A stretch of DNA of 64,000 nucleotides, from the NCBI GenBank assembly GCA_965198225.1, contig CBDAOY010000005.1:256001-320000 (forward strand), written 5' to 3'. Position numbers and translations under genes: made by a program. Below the pieces are notes generated by a model, which saw nothing but the letters and a program-made list of their open reading frames with translations, searched no databases and was not told the origin of the DNA. Positions 61,501 to 64,000 of the stretch are shown piece by piece (within the stretch, counting starts at the first letter, position 1; every line of letters starts with the position of its first letter). The DNA is from Terriglobia bacterium (GTDB taxonomy: Bacteria > Acidobacteriota > Terriglobia > 20CM-2-55-15).

Positions 61501-63450
61501 CTAGAAATGCCCTTCGATCTCGGCCTCTACAAGACTATGTCCGTAAAGGTACGCGCCCTTCTTGTTGCCGTACCAGACGACTTCACGGTACCACTGATTC
61601 CAGTCGGACCACGTTTCCGTGGTTCGGTCGATCCGGTGGGAGGAAACCGTCCGCTCGAGCGGTATCGGAACGCCCTTCAACACCGACTCGTTGGTGGACA
61701 ACGCGATCTCCAGATCCTCTGTCTGGAACGGCATTTTGATGAGGGAGCGATTCAGTTCGAAAGCATCACGAAGCGCTCCCCGGGGAACTTCAGCCCCCGA
61801 CAGGCTCCGAACCAGGAGTCTTTCGGCCTCCTCGTAGAATCGCTCCAGCCGGCCGCTTCTGGCCAGTTCGATGAAGACGAACTCATCCGCCGGCCACCAG
61901 ATGTTCAAGTAGTCCTGTGCCGGGCAGTACTCTTCTCCTCCCGCCTGGATCTCGCGGGCTTTCTGTATGAACGTCGACCGAATACCCTCGATGACCGGAA
62001 AGTCCGCGTCGTCCATCTCTGAAAAAATCGAGAGAAGCTGCCGGTAGGGGATTCCGCAGGCTTCGTGGAGAAGAATCAACGGTATCTGGATGATCTTGTC
62101 GAAGTGCATCAGCGCCGTCACCCAGCAGAACGCCCGTGTCCGAACCCAATCCTCCGGAGGCATGGTGTTTGTCGCGACGACAAGTTCCTGCATCTCGTCG
62201 ACTCCATCGACCGATTCAGCGATCACCCCATGGTATATGACCGCTTTCGACTCCACCGTCACCGTGCCGTAACGCTCGCGGTACACGGGATCAGCCATCT
62301 CCGCGTTGGGCAGGATCGACAGGTTTCCGAACTGTATCCGGTTGTGTTGACCATTTTCGATCGCCGACGAGACCCCGTCGGCGAACGATTCGTAGGTCTC
62401 GCCCGGTAACCCAAGCAGCATGTCGTTGTACGTCTCGATTCCATCTATCGTGAACCGGCGCTGGAGTTCACGGTACGAATCGAGGGAGATGTTGCCTCTC
62501 TTGATGTTGTCCAGCGTAGTCGAATCGAGCGATTGGAAAGCAATCGTCACACCTTTGTTGAGGCCGGCGGCGGCCAGCCGCTTCTGGACCTCGTAGGCTC
62601 GTTCGGTGGCGTTCTTCGTGTTCTGAACCGAGAGCGCGTGGGGATAGCCGGTGCGCGCTTTGACTTCGGCCACGTGTTTCACAAGGTCGAGATCTCGCGG
62701 AAGGATGCCGAAATTGGCATCGGCGCAGAAGATGAATTCGATCTCGTGCGCGGCAAACCACTCCAGTTCCGCGTAGAGAGTGTCGATGTCGAAACGATAC
62801 ACCTTGCTGGCGATCGCGGATCCCCAATCGCAGAAAGTGCATGAAAAGGGACAACCGCGATTCGTCTCCCAGAGAGCCAGCCACTGCTCACCTGGATTCC
62901 TTTCCATCAGGTCATCGAAAACGCCTCCGAGGTAGGGAGACGGAATCACGGACAGATCCTTGAGCCGGGCCACGCGGGGGGTCTGGCGGTATTCAAGATC
63001 CTGGTCCAGAAAGCTGAGAGAAGGCACCTTTGTCCATTCCCTGGAGGGAAAGTTTTCGAGAATCGAGAGGAAGGCCTGCTCGCCCTCGTTGTGACAAGCT
63101 AAATCCACGCTGGTGTTTTGACGCAGAAACGTCTCTCCACGATCGGGAACCTGAGGGCCGCCGAAGACCGTCAGGACCTCGGGGTTCCGTTGCTTTAGAG
63201 CCTCCGCGATAGCTAATGAGAGTCGAATGTTCCAGACGTAGGAACTGAAGAAGACCGCCTCGGCCTCGGCCAACTGCAGCACCGCCTCATCTACGGGTGT
63301 CCGCTGGTAGACAGGAAGCAGAAATTCGTAATCCTCCGGGCGCTCCAGGTGCGCTTGAGCGTATGCCTGAAGGATGCCCGCCGAATACGGAAGATAGTTC
63401 TGCCCTGAGAAGCTGTTGTTGATCTGGACCAGACCGACCTTGACGGCCAT
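61501..63450 (-). CDS. Cobalamin-binding radical SAM protein
   Basis: YVWN, GGPQ, ETNRGCPFSCTFCDWG and LPGETYESF motifs. Confidence 0.85.
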   Translation of the reverse strand: MAVKVGLVQINNSFSGQNYLPYSAGILQAYAQAHLERPEDYEFLLPVYQRTPVDEAVLQLAEAEAVFFSSYVWNIRLSLAIAEALKQRNPEVLTVFGGPQVPDRGETFLRQNTSVDLACHNEGEQAFLSILENFPSREWTKVPSLSFLDQDLEYRQTPRVARLKDLSVIPSPYLGGVFDDLMERNPGEQWLALWETNRGCPFSCTFCDWGSAIASKVYRFDIDTLYAELEWFAAHEIEFIFCADANFGILPRDLDLVKHVAEVKARTGYPHALSVQNTKNATERAYEVQKRLAAAGLNKGVTIAFQSLDSTTLDNIKRGNISLDSYRELQRRFTIDGIETYNDMLLGLPGETYESFADGVSSAIENGQHNRIQFGNLSILPNAEMADPVYRERYGTVTVESKAVIYHGVIAESVDGVDEMQELVVATNTMPPEDWVRTRAFCWVTALMHFDKIIQIPLILLHEACGIPYRQLLSIFSEMDDADFPVIEGIRSTFIQKAREIQAGGEEYCPAQDYLNIWWPADEFVFIELARSGRLERFYEEAERLLVRSLSGAEVPRGALRDAFELNRSLIKMPFQTEDLEIALSTNESVLKGVPIPLERTVSSHRIDRTTETWSDWNQWYREVVWYGNKKGAYLYGHSLVEAEIEGHF

Positions 63451-63476
63451 GATTCTCCTTTCGAGTGGCGTCCGAA

Positions 63477-64000
63477 CTAAAAAACGGGGGACTCGGACTT
63501 CTGGCGGACCAACTCTGCGGCGCGCGCCACAATCCGGTCGACGCTCGGCGTGCCGTTATCCAGATGAGGCGCAAAACCCGCCGTTCTCTCCTCCAGGGCC
63601 AGAGCATGAACCGGCGACGAGGACGCCAGCATCAACTCATGCGCCAGACACCTGGAAGGGCCGCCCGTCTCGAAATCGGAATCCAGAACCAGCCCGAGCC
63701 CGGTTTTGCGGAGAGAACCGGTCATGGACGCGGTCACTTGGAACGGTTTGAGCCAGAACAGATGGATCACGTCGCACACGATGCCTTCCGAGGCGAGTCG
63801 CTGCCTGGCCTCCAGCGCATTGAGTCTCGTTGCGCTGATCGCAAGAATCGTGATGTCCGCCCGATCTTCGAGCAGATCGTCCATCTCGTAGTCGATGCCG
63901 AAACTCCGGCGATGCTCGCTGACGTAGACAGGATCGTCGTGCTTGATGAACCAATTCCAAGCCTCGGTCCACTCTCCGGGGGTCGGCCCGGTGAGATGTT
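63477..64000 (-). CDS. TPP-dependent dehydrogenase E1-beta / transketolase C-terminal subunit (5' partial)
   Basis: The frame is open to the window edge: PTPGEW...DDPVYVSEHR...DITILAIS...HLFWLKPF. Confidence 0.7.
   Translation of the reverse strand, partial: HLTGPTPGEWTEAWNWFIKHDDPVYVSEHRRSFGIDYEMDDLLEDRADITILAISATRLNALEARQRLASEGIVCDVIHLFWLKPFQVTASMTGSLRKTGLGLVLDSDFETGGPSRCLAHELMLASSSPVHALALEERTAGFAPHLDNGTPSVDRIVARAAELVRQKSESPVF

Overview
GC-rich diderm bacterial DNA; the gene order resembles Acidobacteriota (inference). It has three blocks. (1) 1-30.2 kb is housekeeping: spoIID/lytB-like, tonB, gnnA-like, lpxI, lpxA, fabZ, skp, bamA, clpC, lolD, lolC/E, lysS, nusB, ribH, crt-hbd-thiolase, an epimerase, yitJ, a cyclophilin, a DUF512 protein, pgsA-like and wecB. 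Its intergenic gaps carry at least five families of short palindromic repeats. (2) 30.4-38.6 kb is a double-glycine two-peptide bacteriocin-like locus: sigma54 activator, ECF sigma, two precursors with 42-aa anionic cores (one missing from the ORF track), an ABC pair, a C39-PCAT, HlyD and VapBC. The PCAT gene is split, with its 3' half inverted. (3) 38.6-64 kb is a partly decayed surface-glycan cluster: neuC/neuB/neuA, a His-type sugar dehydratase, Fcl-like reductases, two B12 radical SAMs, HemN-like, PhyH and an E1-beta-like subunit. It is hit by IS1182 and three MITEs, all at CTAG. The best candidate for a new system is the GxxExxY nuclease genes. They are bracketed by 8/9-nt-periodic CACGG inverted repeats, and empty copies of the same repeats are dispersed through the window, like an autonomous/non-autonomous REPIN-style element built on a PD-(D/E)XK nuclease. 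No rRNA, tRNA or CRISPR array was seen. All calls are by eye; no searches were run.
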